Assembly (NCBI GenBank): GCA_963782715.1
Contig: CAWAKU010000006.1
Span: forward strand, 86,960-150,959
DNA from: an uncultured Chloroflexia bacterium
Lineage (GTDB): Bacteria; Chloroflexota; Limnocylindria; Limnocylindrales; CSP1-4
Direction of reading: 5' to 3'
DNA length: 64,000 nt
Under the pieces are notes generated by a model. That model ran no database searches, had not been told where the DNA came from, and worked only from the letters and a program-made list of their open reading frames with translations. Position 1 is the first letter of the stretch. Every line of letters starts with the position of its first letter. Shown here one piece after another: positions 27,889-37,373 of this stretch. The position numbers were made by a program, and so were the translations under genes.

Positions 27889-28557
27889 TCAGCCGTCGAG
27901 CGCGGCGGCCTCCGCACAGATCGCGATGACCCCGAGACGGGCCAGCCGGTCGAACGTCGTCCGCCGGCGGACGGTGTAGGAGGCGACCTCGAGACCGGCC
28001 GCTTGCGCGGTCTCGACCGCTCGCTCGTCGATCGCCCGCCAGTCCAGCGCGACGGCGCGGCAGCCGAGGTCCCTGGCCGTGGCGAGCGTCGCGCCGTCGA
28101 GCCATGAGGCGTTGAGCCAACGCGGCCAGGCCGGGGCGAGCCGGGCCACACGTTCCAGCGCGGCCCGCTCGAACGACGAGACGACCGCGTGCTCCAGCGC
28201 CGGACCGCGACCGGCCGCGAGCACCCCGACGACCGCCGCGCCCGGGTCGCCCTTCAATTCGATGTCGAGGAAGACCCGACGCCCGACCGTCGCCAGGACC
28301 TCGGCCAGCGTCGGCACGCCAAGGCCCCCCAGCGCCGCTGCGGTCATCGAATCGACGCGCTCCGGTCGGCCGTGGACCCGGGCCAGCGTGGCGTCGTGGT
28401 TGATGACCGGCACGCCATCGGATGACGCGCGCACATCGAACTCGAGCCCGTCGCAGGCTGGGATCGCCAGCGCGGCCGTGAACGCTGCCACTGAGTTCTC
28501 CGGGGCGCCCCGCCAGTCGCCGCGGTGGGCCAGCCGGAGCGTCTTGTGCTCGGCCAT
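27889..28557 (-). CDS. Glycerophosphodiester phosphodiesterase (GDPD family)
   Basis: The HRG ... ENS ... EFDV ... HD catalytic motif pattern. Confidence 0.8.
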   Translation of the reverse strand: MAEHKTLRLAHRGDWRGAPENSVAAFTAALAIPACDGLEFDVRASSDGVPVINHDATLARVHGRPERVDSMTAAALGGLGVPTLAEVLATVGRRVFLDIELKGDPGAAVVGVLAAGRGPALEHAVVSSFERAALERVARLAPAWPRWLNASWLDGATLATARDLGCRAVALDWRAIDERAVETAQAAGLEVASYTVRRRTTFDRLARLGVIAICAEAAALDG

Positions 28558-28562
28558 CTCCC

Positions 28563-29315
28563 CTACCCGATCTCGAGCCGGGCCGAGACCCCGAGGTGGT
28601 CACTCGGGTAGAGGGTCGGGTCCTCGGGATCGGGCCGGTCGAAGGCGAGCCGGGCCGACTCGACGCGCGCGGCGCCGCGCACCCAGATGTAGTCGAGGCA
28701 TTCCGGCGGACCGTCCGTGTCCATCGCCGGTGCCTGGAGGCCCGACGGCCAGGTGATCGCGGGCTCGGTGCCGTTGGCGGTCTCGTAGGCGGACCAGAAC
28801 CCTGCCGCCTTGAGGCGTGCGGGCGCGGGTTCGGCCGGGTCGGCGTTGAAGTCGCCCATCACGATGGTCGCATCGGCGGCCGGCGCATCCGCCGCGTCGA
28901 GCCAGGCCAGGATCGCGGCGGTCTGCTCGTCGCGCAGCGTCTCGTCGGGCGTCAGGTGGTGCAGGTGGGTCACGACGACGAGCACGGACGACCCGTTCGG
29001 CAGCGCGACGGCGGATCGCTGGGCGGAGCGGTTGAGGTCGAGGTCGAGACGCTCCATCCCGGCCGCTCGCAGGGGCTCACGCACGAGCAGGCTGTTGCCG
29101 TATTCGGGACGCCCGGCCCAGCCGCGGAGGGCAGCGTAGCGACCCTCGCCGGCCGCCCCGATCACGCGGTCCTGCTGCATGACGTAGACGACCTCCTGGA
29201 GACCGAGCAGGTCGGGCTGGAGCGTCGCCATGTCGGCCAGCAGGAGCGGCAGGCGCTCGAACCAGCGGTCGGCGAGGTTCCGGATGTTCAGTGTCGCGAC
29301 GTGGAGTCGATCCAT
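28563..29315 (-). CDS. Endonuclease/exonuclease/phosphatase (EEP) family protein
   Basis: EEP motifs (LNIRN, GLQEV, GDFN, SDH). It lies 5 bp downstream of the GDPD gene. Confidence 0.75.
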   Translation of the reverse strand: MDRLHVATLNIRNLADRWFERLPLLLADMATLQPDLLGLQEVVYVMQQDRVIGAAGEGRYAALRGWAGRPEYGNSLLVREPLRAAGMERLDLDLNRSAQRSAVALPNGSSVLVVVTHLHHLTPDETLRDEQTAAILAWLDAADAPAADATIVMGDFNADPAEPAPARLKAAGFWSAYETANGTEPAITWPSGLQAPAMDTDGPPECLDYIWVRGAARVESARLAFDRPDPEDPTLYPSDHLGVSARLEIG

Positions 29316-29343
29316 CGGGTCCCCTTGGTCTGTCGGACGGCGG

Positions 29344-30570
29344 TCAGGGCGCGGGCGGTACGACGGGCAGCGAGAACGAGAACGTGCTGCCGATACCCTC
29401 CGTCGATTCGACCCAGATCCGCCCCCCATGCTGCTCGATGACGTGACGCGAGATGGCCAGGCCGAGTCCCGTCCCGCCCGTGTCGCCGCGGAACCTCGCC
29501 CGGTCCACCTTGTAGAACCGCTCGAAGATGCGGGCCTGGGCGGCCCGCGGGATCCCGACGCCATGGTCTGCCACGGACACGATGACATCCGTGGCCACCG
29601 CATGGACCGCGACAGCGACCTCACCGCCGTCCGGGCTGAACTTCACCGCGTTATGGAGCAGGTTGACCAGGACCTGGCCGAGCCGGTCGCCGTCGCCCCG
29701 GACGTGTGGGATCGGCTCCCTGACGTCCACCCGCAGGAAGACGCCCTGACGTTCGGCGAAGAGCCGGAGTCGCTCGGTCGACTCGGTCGCGACGCGGCCC
29801 ATGTCGAGCAGGTCCATCACGCCGAGGGTCGCGCCGCTCTCGATGCGCGACAGGTCGAGCAGCTCGGTGACCATCTGGACGAGGTGGCCGGTCTCGACCT
29901 CGATCTTGTCGATGCGGTCGCGCATCCGGGGCGGGATGGCGTCGCCGGCCGCCTCGGCCTCGCGGGTCAGCGTCTCGGCCAGCAGGCTGACCGTCGTCAG
30001 TGGCGTGCGCAGCTCATGCGAGAGGTTGTCGATGAACTCGGTGCGGATCTGCTGCAGCCGGCGCAGCTCGGAGACGTCCTCGATGACGAGCCACAGGCCG
30101 CCGGACGGCACCCGCCGGGCCCGAAGCACCAGGCGAGGCCCATCCACGCCGGCCACGGAGATCTCCTCGGTGGCCGACCCGACCGCGAGCGCCGCCCGCG
30201 CCAGGGCCTCGGCGTGCACGGTGATGAACGCGCCGATCAGCGACCGCCCGACGAGACTCTCGGCCCGGACGCCGAGCAGCCGATGGGCGGCGGGGTTGGC
30301 GGCGGCGATCCGCAGGTCCTCGTCGATGATCAGGACGCCCTGGTCGAGGACGCGGACGAAATCCGTCTGGTCGTACCGGATCAACGCCGACTCGAGCTCC
30401 GCCTTGACCGCCCGATCGCGCAGCGCGACGACCGCGGCAGCGGGATCGCTGCCGGGCGCCGCCTCGGCCACGCGCTCCAGCCGCACCCGCCCGCGCCACT
30501 CGCGGATGGCCACGAACGACACGACGACGAGCGCGATGACCGCCAGGACCGCGACGAGTCTCGCCTCCAC
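29344..30570 (-). CDS. Sensor histidine kinase (PhoR/SenX3-like, PAS-containing)
   Basis: An N-terminal TM segment, a PAS-like region, the H-box SHELRTPL, and N, G1 and G2 boxes. The start is either GTG at 30570 or ATG at 30663; the ATG would overlap the upstream gene by 70 nt. Confidence 0.75.
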   Translation of the reverse strand: MEARLVAVLAVIALVVVSFVAIREWRGRVRLERVAEAAPGSDPAAAVVALRDRAVKAELESALIRYDQTDFVRVLDQGVLIIDEDLRIAAANPAAHRLLGVRAESLVGRSLIGAFITVHAEALARAALAVGSATEEISVAGVDGPRLVLRARRVPSGGLWLVIEDVSELRRLQQIRTEFIDNLSHELRTPLTTVSLLAETLTREAEAAGDAIPPRMRDRIDKIEVETGHLVQMVTELLDLSRIESGATLGVMDLLDMGRVATESTERLRLFAERQGVFLRVDVREPIPHVRGDGDRLGQVLVNLLHNAVKFSPDGGEVAVAVHAVATDVIVSVADHGVGIPRAAQARIFERFYKVDRARFRGDTGGTGLGLAISRHVIEQHGGRIWVESTEGIGSTFSFSLPVVPPAP

Positions 30571-30593
30571 GCGGCGAGCATCGCACAGCCGGG

Positions 30594-31667
30594 TCAGCCG
30601 CGAGGCGACCTCTCGCGGACCCGCGACGCCGGACGATCGTCGGGCACGAAGCGCGGGCGCCACGGTCGGGTCAGCGACGCGAACGCTGAGGGTGCGAAGG
30701 CGTGCCGCAGCACGAGCAGGTGGGCGAGATGTTCGGCCGCCCGCCGGGCCGCGGCGAGGGTGGGCGGATCGACCGCCCCGGCCGGGATCGCCGCGGCCGC
30801 GTCGCGTGCGGCCAGGACGGACGAGACCCGCAGCGCCTCGTCGTCGTCGGGCGAGGTACCGGGTGGCCAGGGCTCGTCGGATGGGCCGTGGAGCCCGGCC
30901 TTGCGGGCCGACGACGCGAGCGCCGCGACCCCGGCCGGGTCGAGCTGCCCGAGCCGTTCCAGCAGGGCGCGCACCGCGACGCCGTTCGGCCCATAGCGCG
31001 GCTGGCCGACGGCGGCCTCCCAGCCGCGGGTCAGGCGCTCCATGGCGCGTTCGCGGAACGGCTCGCTCAGGAGCTCATCGAGGAACTCCCCGAGGACGAG
31101 TTCCGTGGCGTAGCTCTCGACGGCGTCGCGCACGCCCGGGATCGCCGCCGCGACGGGGTCCAGCCGCGCATCCACCGCGGTCTCCATCGCGGTCAGGGCC
31201 GCCAGCTGGTCGGGCGGCAGGAACCGGGCGATGGTCGCCCCGAAGGCGATCGGGGGTGGCTCCGCGCAGGCGAGGCGATCGACCTCGTCGGGCGTGAGCG
31301 CTGCGATGCGGTCGAGGAAGCGTGCCAGCGTCTCGGCCGGATCGACCGGTCGATGCCGGTTCGGCGCTCGCGTCGCGGGCGGACCGTATCGCTCCTCGCC
31401 ACGGACGTCGCGTCCGGCCGTGTCGCGGACGGATCGGCGAAGCCCGCGAGCATGGTCGTAGTGGGCGCGCAGCTCCGGATCGCTCAGCCAGTCGTGGGCG
31501 ACGTTGATCCGCTTCGACCGTTCGAGCCCCGCGTCGCCCGCCACGTCCGGGTGGTGCTGGCGCAGGAGGGAGCGCCAGGCGACCTCGATGACCTCCGGAC
31601 CGGCGTCCACGGGGATCTCGAGGCGGGCGTACAAGTCGTCGGCGGGGAGCGTCGGGCGTGGCGGCAC
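30594..31667 (-). CDS. J-domain (DnaJ-like) protein with an uncharacterised C-terminal region
   Basis: An N-terminal J domain with the HPD motif (DLYARLEI ... LLRQHHPDVAG). There is no Zn-finger or DnaJ C-domain, and the remaining 280 aa are unknown. Confidence 0.7.
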   Translation of the reverse strand: MPPRPTLPADDLYARLEIPVDAGPEVIEVAWRSLLRQHHPDVAGDAGLERSKRINVAHDWLSDPELRAHYDHARGLRRSVRDTAGRDVRGEERYGPPATRAPNRHRPVDPAETLARFLDRIAALTPDEVDRLACAEPPPIAFGATIARFLPPDQLAALTAMETAVDARLDPVAAAIPGVRDAVESYATELVLGEFLDELLSEPFRERAMERLTRGWEAAVGQPRYGPNGVAVRALLERLGQLDPAGVAALASSARKAGLHGPSDEPWPPGTSPDDDEALRVSSVLAARDAAAAIPAGAVDPPTLAAARRAAEHLAHLLVLRHAFAPSAFASLTRPWRPRFVPDDRPASRVRERSPRG

Positions 31668-31715
31668 GACCGAATCCTAGTGGTCAGCGAGGGGGCGGCC
31701 GAGTAGACTCCGCGC

Positions 31716-32231
31716 GTGAGCTTCCTCAACCGTGCCAAGGAGGCCGCTCAGGCGGCCGCGGAACAGGCTCAGCAGGCGGCCTCGGCGGCCCATCGGACGG
31801 CGGCGGACCCGGCGACGCAGGAGAAGCTGAGCCAGCAGACCCGGACCGCCCTTGGCGCGGCGCGGCGGGGTGTCTCGACGGTCGTCGAACGAATCGACCC
31901 GGGTGTCCTGGCCGATCTCATCATCAAGTCCACCGCGCTCCAGGAGATGACAAACGCGTCGCTCCGCCAGAAGAAGTCGCCGTACCGGATCGCCGAGGTG
32001 AGCATCACCGCGTCGATCCCGCCCGGTATCTCGTTCGCCATCAGCCGCCTCGAGACCGAGGAGGAGACGCTGACCGGCGCCGAAGTATCGTCCGAGGAGC
32101 TCGTCGAAGAATTGCCCGCGACGGGTGAGGCGGTCATCGCCCTCGACGGCACGAGCCTCAGCCAGGACCAGCTCGCGGAGGTCCGCGCGGCGCTGGCGAA
32201 CGACGTGCCCGAGGACCTCAACCGCCTCTGA
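31716..32231 (+). CDS. Hypothetical protein (Ala/Gln/Glu-rich, acidic C-terminus)
   Basis: A 171-aa ORF with high GC3, divergent from the J-domain gene. No recognisable domain. Confidence 0.45.
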   Translation: MSFLNRAKEAAQAAAEQAQQAASAAHRTAADPATQEKLSQQTRTALGAARRGVSTVVERIDPGVLADLIIKSTALQEMTNASLRQKKSPYRIAEVSITASIPPGISFAISRLETEEETLTGAEVSSEELVEELPATGEAVIALDGTSLSQDQLAEVRAALANDVPEDLNRL

Positions 32232-33924
32232 GCAGCGCTTCGGTCGCCTCGATCGTGCGCGTCGCCCGCTCACCCGTCGCCCGCTCCGTGACCTCGACAC
32301 CGCCCGCGGCGAGCGAGCGCGGGCTGACGGTCAGGATCCAGGGCATGCCGAGCAGCTCCGCGTCGGTGAACTTCACGCCCGGCAATTCATCGCGGTCGTC
32401 CCACAGGATCTCGCGGCCGGCATCGATCGCCAGCTGGTGGAGCGCCTCGGCGACCTCGAGGACGCGAGGCTCCTTGTTCGCGCCGATCGACACCAGGTGG
32501 GCCGCGTATGGCGCGACCTCGGCCGGCCAGACGATGCCCTTGTCGTCGTGGTGCGCCTCGACGATGCAGGCGGTGCTCCGTCCGACGCCGATCCCGTAGG
32601 AGCCCATGACGATCTTGTGGGCGAGGCCGTCCTCGCCGAGATAGGTCGCATCGGCCGCATCGGTGAACTTCGTCCCGAGCTTGAAGATGTTGCCGACCTC
32701 GATGCCGTTGCGCAGGATGACCGGCTCGCCGCAGACCGGGCAGGCGTCGCCTTCCTGCGCGTTGGTGATATCGGTCACGACATCGGCGCTGAAGTCCCGG
32801 CCGAGGTTGACGTTGCGAAAGTGGAAACCGACCTTGTTCGCCCCGGCGACGAGATTGGGCGAGCGCTCGACGAGGTCGTCGACGACCACGACCGTCCCGG
32901 TCGCGCCGATCGGCGAGCCGTAGCCCGGCTCCATCCCGGCCGCCTTGATCTCCTCGACCTGGGCCGGGCGCATGCCACCGACGGCCTTGACGGCGTTGGC
33001 GAGCTTTGTCTCGTTGACCTCGTAGTCACCGCGGACGATGGCGGTCACCAGGCGACCGTCGCCGGTCACGAAGAATGCCGCCTTGGCGGTCCGCTCCGGG
33101 CCGACGCCGAGGAACGCGGCAAGCGACGCGATCGTCGTCGTGCCGGGCGTCGCCACCTCCTCGAGGGCCAACGGCGACTCGGTGGCGGCGCCATCGGCGC
33201 CGGGCTTGGGCATGACCGCGACCTGGCGGTTGGCCGCGTAGTGGCCACTCTCGCACAGGACGAGGACGTCCTCGCCGGCCGGGTTCAGGACCATGAATTC
33301 GTGGGCCTGGCTGCCGCCCATGATCCCGACATCGGACGCCACCACGACGACGTCGAGGCCGAGCCGCTCGAACGTGCGGACGTACGCGCCGTACTGGGCC
33401 TCGTAGCTGGCGTCCAGCCCGGCCTGATCGCGGTCCGCGCTGTAGGCGTCCTTCATCACGAACTCGCGGACACGGATGAGCCCGCCACGTGCCCGCGGCT
33501 CGTCGCGCCACTTGGTCTGGAAGTGATAGACCTGCATCGGCAGCTGGCGGTAGGACTTGACGATGTCGGCGAGGAGCAGCCCGACGACCTCCTCGTGGGT
33601 CATGGCCAGGACCATGTCGCGCCCGTTGCGGTCCTTGAACCGGGTCAGCTCCGGCCCGATGGCGTCGTACCGGCCGCTCGCCCGCCAGATGTCCGCCGGG
33701 TGGACGACCGGCATCTCCATCTCCTGGCCGCCGATCGCGTTCTGCTCCTCGCGGATGACCTGCTCGACGCGGTCGTTGACGCGTTTGCCGAGCGGCAGGA
33801 GCGAGTAGATGCCGGAGCCGAGCTGGCGGACATAGCCCGCCCGGACGAGCAGGCGATGCGACGCCATCTCGGCATCGGCCGGATCGTCGCGCAGGGTCGT
33901 GAAGAACATCTGGGAGAGGCGCAT
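32218..33924 (-). CDS. proS: Proline--tRNA ligase (bacterial type with editing domain)
   Basis: A 568-aa class II aaRS with ProRS motifs and an INS editing domain. Confidence 0.9.
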   Translation of the reverse strand: MRLSQMFFTTLRDDPADAEMASHRLLVRAGYVRQLGSGIYSLLPLGKRVNDRVEQVIREEQNAIGGQEMEMPVVHPADIWRASGRYDAIGPELTRFKDRNGRDMVLAMTHEEVVGLLLADIVKSYRQLPMQVYHFQTKWRDEPRARGGLIRVREFVMKDAYSADRDQAGLDASYEAQYGAYVRTFERLGLDVVVVASDVGIMGGSQAHEFMVLNPAGEDVLVLCESGHYAANRQVAVMPKPGADGAATESPLALEEVATPGTTTIASLAAFLGVGPERTAKAAFFVTGDGRLVTAIVRGDYEVNETKLANAVKAVGGMRPAQVEEIKAAGMEPGYGSPIGATGTVVVVDDLVERSPNLVAGANKVGFHFRNVNLGRDFSADVVTDITNAQEGDACPVCGEPVILRNGIEVGNIFKLGTKFTDAADATYLGEDGLAHKIVMGSYGIGVGRSTACIVEAHHDDKGIVWPAEVAPYAAHLVSIGANKEPRVLEVAEALHQLAIDAGREILWDDRDELPGVKFTDAELLGMPWILTVSPRSLAAGGVEVTERATGERATRTIEATEALLRGG

Positions 33925-33959
33925 CCGCGAAGGATAGCGGGCGCGGCGCCTCGGCCGCG

Positions 33960-34340
33960 TCAGACCGGGTCGGCGACGAATGCGGACCACGCGGGTCGGC
34001 GGATCCCATCCCCGAGTTCGAGCCAACGGACGGCGTAGGCGGCTCGACCGGCGCGCGGCCGGCCGGACGCGTCGGATCGGTCGGGGCCATGGGCCCGGAA
34101 CGCCTCCCGGCCGTACGACGCGGCAAGTCCCCGGCGATCGCGGATCGGAGCGAGCTGGGCGCGGATGCGGTCGACCTCCCGCGCGAACGCCGGCTCACCC
34201 CAGGAGCCGGCGTCGCGGGGACGGTCGCGGAGACCGCGCAGGAGGAGGAGAGCATCCCGCGGCAGGTCTCTCTGTGGTGCCCGGGATGTCGTCCACGGGA
34301 CTGGCTCACCCTCGCGAATGTCGATGGCCATGGGCGCCAC
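33960..34340 (-). CDS. Hypothetical protein (Arg-rich)
   Basis: A 126-aa ORF with high GC3 lying 36 bp upstream of proS. No domain recognised. Confidence 0.3.
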   Translation of the reverse strand: MAPMAIDIREGEPVPWTTSRAPQRDLPRDALLLLRGLRDRPRDAGSWGEPAFAREVDRIRAQLAPIRDRRGLAASYGREAFRAHGPDRSDASGRPRAGRAAYAVRWLELGDGIRRPAWSAFVADPV

Positions 34341-34504
34341 TGTGGCGAGCCAACATCAACGCGGGCTTTGCGCGCAGTCAACACTTGCGTGCTCCCCGTT
34401 CGCGCCAGGGTCGTCTGCCGCGTACCATGGCGTCGCTCGTGTCGGTCACCGCCCCGTGACTGATCGAAACCCAAACACCTTGATCTTGTCAGGAGTCCGC
34501 GTCG

Positions 34505-35506
34505 GTGGATGGCGTGACCGCCATGCTTGTGTTCATCGTGCTGCTGGCCGTGGCCTTCGACTACACGAATGGATTCCACGACACGGCGAATTCGATCGCC
34601 ACGTCGGTCGCGACCCGGGCGCTGTCGCCGGGTTGGGCCATCCTGATGGCGACCGCGTTCAACTTCATCGGCGCGTTCGCCGGAACCGCCGTCGCCAAGA
34701 CCATCGGCAGCGGACTCGTCGACGACCAGACGACGACCCAGACCATCGTGGCGGCTGCGCTCATCGGCGCCATCGCCTGGAACCTCATCACCTGGCAGCA
34801 GGGTCTGCCGAGTTCGAGCAGCCACGCGCTGATCGGTGGGCTCCTCGGGGCGACCATCATCGGAGTCGGGACCAGTGCCCTGAACGTGAACGGCATCGTC
34901 AACAAGGTGCTGATCCCGATGTTCACCTCGCCGGTGCTCGGGTTCACCATCGCGTTCGCGTTCATCCTCGCCATCTACTGGATCTTCCACCGGTCGAAGC
35001 GCAAGCCGATGGCGCTTCGGTTCCGGAGGCTGCAGGTCTTCTCGGCAGCATTCATGGCCTTCGCCCACGGATCCAACGACGCCCAGAAGACGATGGGCAT
35101 CATCACCCTCGCCCTGTTCTCCGCCGGCGTCATCCCCGAAGTCGTCGTGCCGCCGTGGGTCATCGTCATCTCGGCGACCGCGCTGTCGGCCGGGACCGCG
35201 GTCGGTGGCTGGCGGATCATGAAGACGATGGGTCAGCGGGTCGCCAAGCTCGAGCCGGTCCACGGCTTCGCGGCCGAGACGACCGCCGCGTCCATCCTGT
35301 TCACGACGGCCCATTTCGGGATGCCGGTGTCGACGACCCAAGTCATCTCGAGCGCCATCATGGGCGTCGGCTCAAGCCAGGGCGCCCGGGCCGTCCGCTG
35401 GGGTGTCGCCCGCCGGATCCTGTATGCCTGGATCCTGACCATCCCGATGGCCGGCCTCCTCGCCGCGTTGGCGTGGGTCGTGCTCGATGCGATCGGACTC
35501 CACTGA
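34505..35506 (+). CDS. pitA: Inorganic phosphate transporter, PiT family
   Basis: PHO4 signature (GFHDTANSIATSV ... GSNDAQKTMG). Confidence 0.85.
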   Translation: MDGVTAMLVFIVLLAVAFDYTNGFHDTANSIATSVATRALSPGWAILMATAFNFIGAFAGTAVAKTIGSGLVDDQTTTQTIVAAALIGAIAWNLITWQQGLPSSSSHALIGGLLGATIIGVGTSALNVNGIVNKVLIPMFTSPVLGFTIAFAFILAIYWIFHRSKRKPMALRFRRLQVFSAAFMAFAHGSNDAQKTMGIITLALFSAGVIPEVVVPPWVIVISATALSAGTAVGGWRIMKTMGQRVAKLEPVHGFAAETTAASILFTTAHFGMPVSTTQVISSAIMGVGSSQGARAVRWGVARRILYAWILTIPMAGLLAALAWVVLDAIGLH

Positions 35507-35573
35507 TGTCATCCACCAACACCACCACCCCTGGCCGGCACCGCCTGCGACACTTGCCCCTGGAGGGATCGCG

Positions 35574-36191
35574 ATGAGCTTCCACATCTTGCCGAAGGAC
35601 CCGAAGTTCTTCGAGCTGTTCATCCTCGACGGTGACAACCTGGCGGCGGCCGCGACCGCCCTCCACGAGATGGTCGAGCAGTACGACAAGCTCGAGTCGC
35701 GGGTCGCGAACATCCAGGGCCTCGAGAAGCGCGGCGACGAGATCGACGATGAGGTGACCCGCCGGCTCGAGGACGCTTTCGTCACGCCGTTCGACCGCGA
35801 GGACATCCACGAGCTCGTTTCGCGGCTCGACGACGTCGTCGACGGCATCCAGTCGATCGCCGAGGCCTTCGTCATCTACGGGGTCCAAGAGCCGACCGCG
35901 GAGGCGCGGCGCCTGGCCGCCATCCTCGACGCCCAGGGTGGCGAGCTGGCCGCGGCATTGCGCAAGTTCGACCGGATGAAGGACCTCGAGCGTCACTTCG
36001 CGGCCGTGCACCAGCTCGAGAAGGAAGCCGACGGCCTGTCCCGTGCGGCGATGGCCCGGCTCTTCCACGACGAGCTGGCCGTCATCGAGGTCATCAAATG
36101 GCGTGACCTCTACACGTACCTCGAGGACACCATCGACGCGGCCGAGGACGCGGCCGAGGCCATGGAGCGGATGTACCACAAGGCAAACTGA
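35574..36191 (+). CDS. DUF47 family protein (PhoU-like regulator paired with PiT)
   Basis: GGAGGG RBS. DUF47 / TIGR00153-like sequence. Confidence 0.8.
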   Translation: MSFHILPKDPKFFELFILDGDNLAAAATALHEMVEQYDKLESRVANIQGLEKRGDEIDDEVTRRLEDAFVTPFDREDIHELVSRLDDVVDGIQSIAEAFVIYGVQEPTAEARRLAAILDAQGGELAAALRKFDRMKDLERHFAAVHQLEKEADGLSRAAMARLFHDELAVIEVIKWRDLYTYLEDTIDAAEDAAEAMERMYHKAN

Positions 36192-36202
36192 GGGCGGGGT
36201 CC

Positions 36203-36898
36203 TCAGGTCGGGCGGCGGAACACGTAACCGACGCCGCGGACCGTGTGGAGGAATGCCGGGTTGGCCGGATCGGTCTCGATCCGGCTGCGAAGCCAGTGGA
36301 CGTGGACGTCGACCGTGCGCGTCTCGCCGGCGTAGTCGTAGCCCCACACCTTTTCCAGCAGCTGGTCCCGGGTGAAGACCTGGCCCGGGTGGCGGATGAG
36401 GAACGCCAGCAGCTCGAACGCCTTGGGCTTGATCGGGACGGCCACCCCGTCACGCAGCAGCCGACGGCCGCCGAGGTCGGCCTGGACCGACCCGAGATCG
36501 ACCACCGCCGGCGCCTCCTCGACCGCGACCGCCTGGTCGGATCGGCGAAAGAGCGCCCGGATGCGGGCGGTCAATTCGCGCAAGCTGAACGGCTTGGTCA
36601 CGTAGTCGTCGGCTCCGAGCTCCAGCCCGACGACCTTGTCGAGCTCCGAATCCTTGGCCGTCAGCATCACGATGGGCACGCCGGATTCGGCCCGGATGAT
36701 CCGGCAGACCTCGATGCCGGACAGCTCGGGGAGCATCAGGTCGAGCAGCACGAGGTCCGGACGCTCGCCCCGGAACCGAACCAGCGCCTCGCGCCCGTCG
36801 GCCGCCGCGACGACCCGGAATCCCTCCGTTTCGAGCGCCTCGACCAGCGTCTCGCGCAGGGTCGGCTCGTCTTCGACGACGAGGATCGTGCGTGCCAT
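36203..36898 (-). CDS. OmpR-family two-component response regulator (PhoP/RegX3-like)
   Basis: A receiver domain (VVEDEP ... D ... K) fused to trans_reg_C. It lies convergent with DUF47. Confidence 0.9.
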   Translation of the reverse strand: MARTILVVEDEPTLRETLVEALETEGFRVVAAADGREALVRFRGERPDLVLLDLMLPELSGIEVCRIIRAESGVPIVMLTAKDSELDKVVGLELGADDYVTKPFSLRELTARIRALFRRSDQAVAVEEAPAVVDLGSVQADLGGRRLLRDGVAVPIKPKAFELLAFLIRHPGQVFTRDQLLEKVWGYDYAGETRTVDVHVHWLRSRIETDPANPAFLHTVRGVGYVFRRPT

Positions 36899-36958
36899 CG
36901 ACTGAGCATAGCCGCCCGTGTTAACGGGTCGTTTTCGACCCGTCGAACGACCCTGCGA

Positions 36959-37348
36959 TCAGTGTCCCGCGCGCAGCTTCTCGGGCAGTTCCATGAAGGA
37001 CTCGACGAACTCGACGCACATGCCGTGGCCGTCGAACCGGAGCAGCCAGTGGTTGTAGTAGAGCGTCCGGAACGAGCCGTCCGGGTTCGTGTAGCGGCTC
37101 TCCCCGAAGGCCGAGGCTCGCTCGCCATCGAACGCCCAGACGTCGTAATGGGCGGTCCATGACCCCGGCTCGTCGCGGTGCGCCAGCCAATCCGCGACGA
37201 TCGCGGCGCGCCCGACGACCGGGTCGGCCCATGGCTGGTAGCGGTATTCGCAGGCCTCCGCGAACAGCGCGCCGATGGCCGTCTCGTCATACGAGTTCCA
37301 GGCCGCCACGTAGCGGTCGAGCCAGACTTGGACGTCCTCGCGTCGCAT
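36959..37348 (-). CDS. SnoaL-like / NTF2-fold protein
   Basis: 129 aa (VQVWLDRYVAAWNSYDETAIGALFAE). Confidence 0.6.
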   Translation of the reverse strand: MRREDVQVWLDRYVAAWNSYDETAIGALFAEACEYRYQPWADPVVGRAAIVADWLAHRDEPGSWTAHYDVWAFDGERASAFGESRYTNPDGSFRTLYYNHWLLRFDGHGMCVEFVESFMELPEKLRAGH

Positions 37349-37373
37349 CAGGGATCCTCCGAGCGGATGACTG

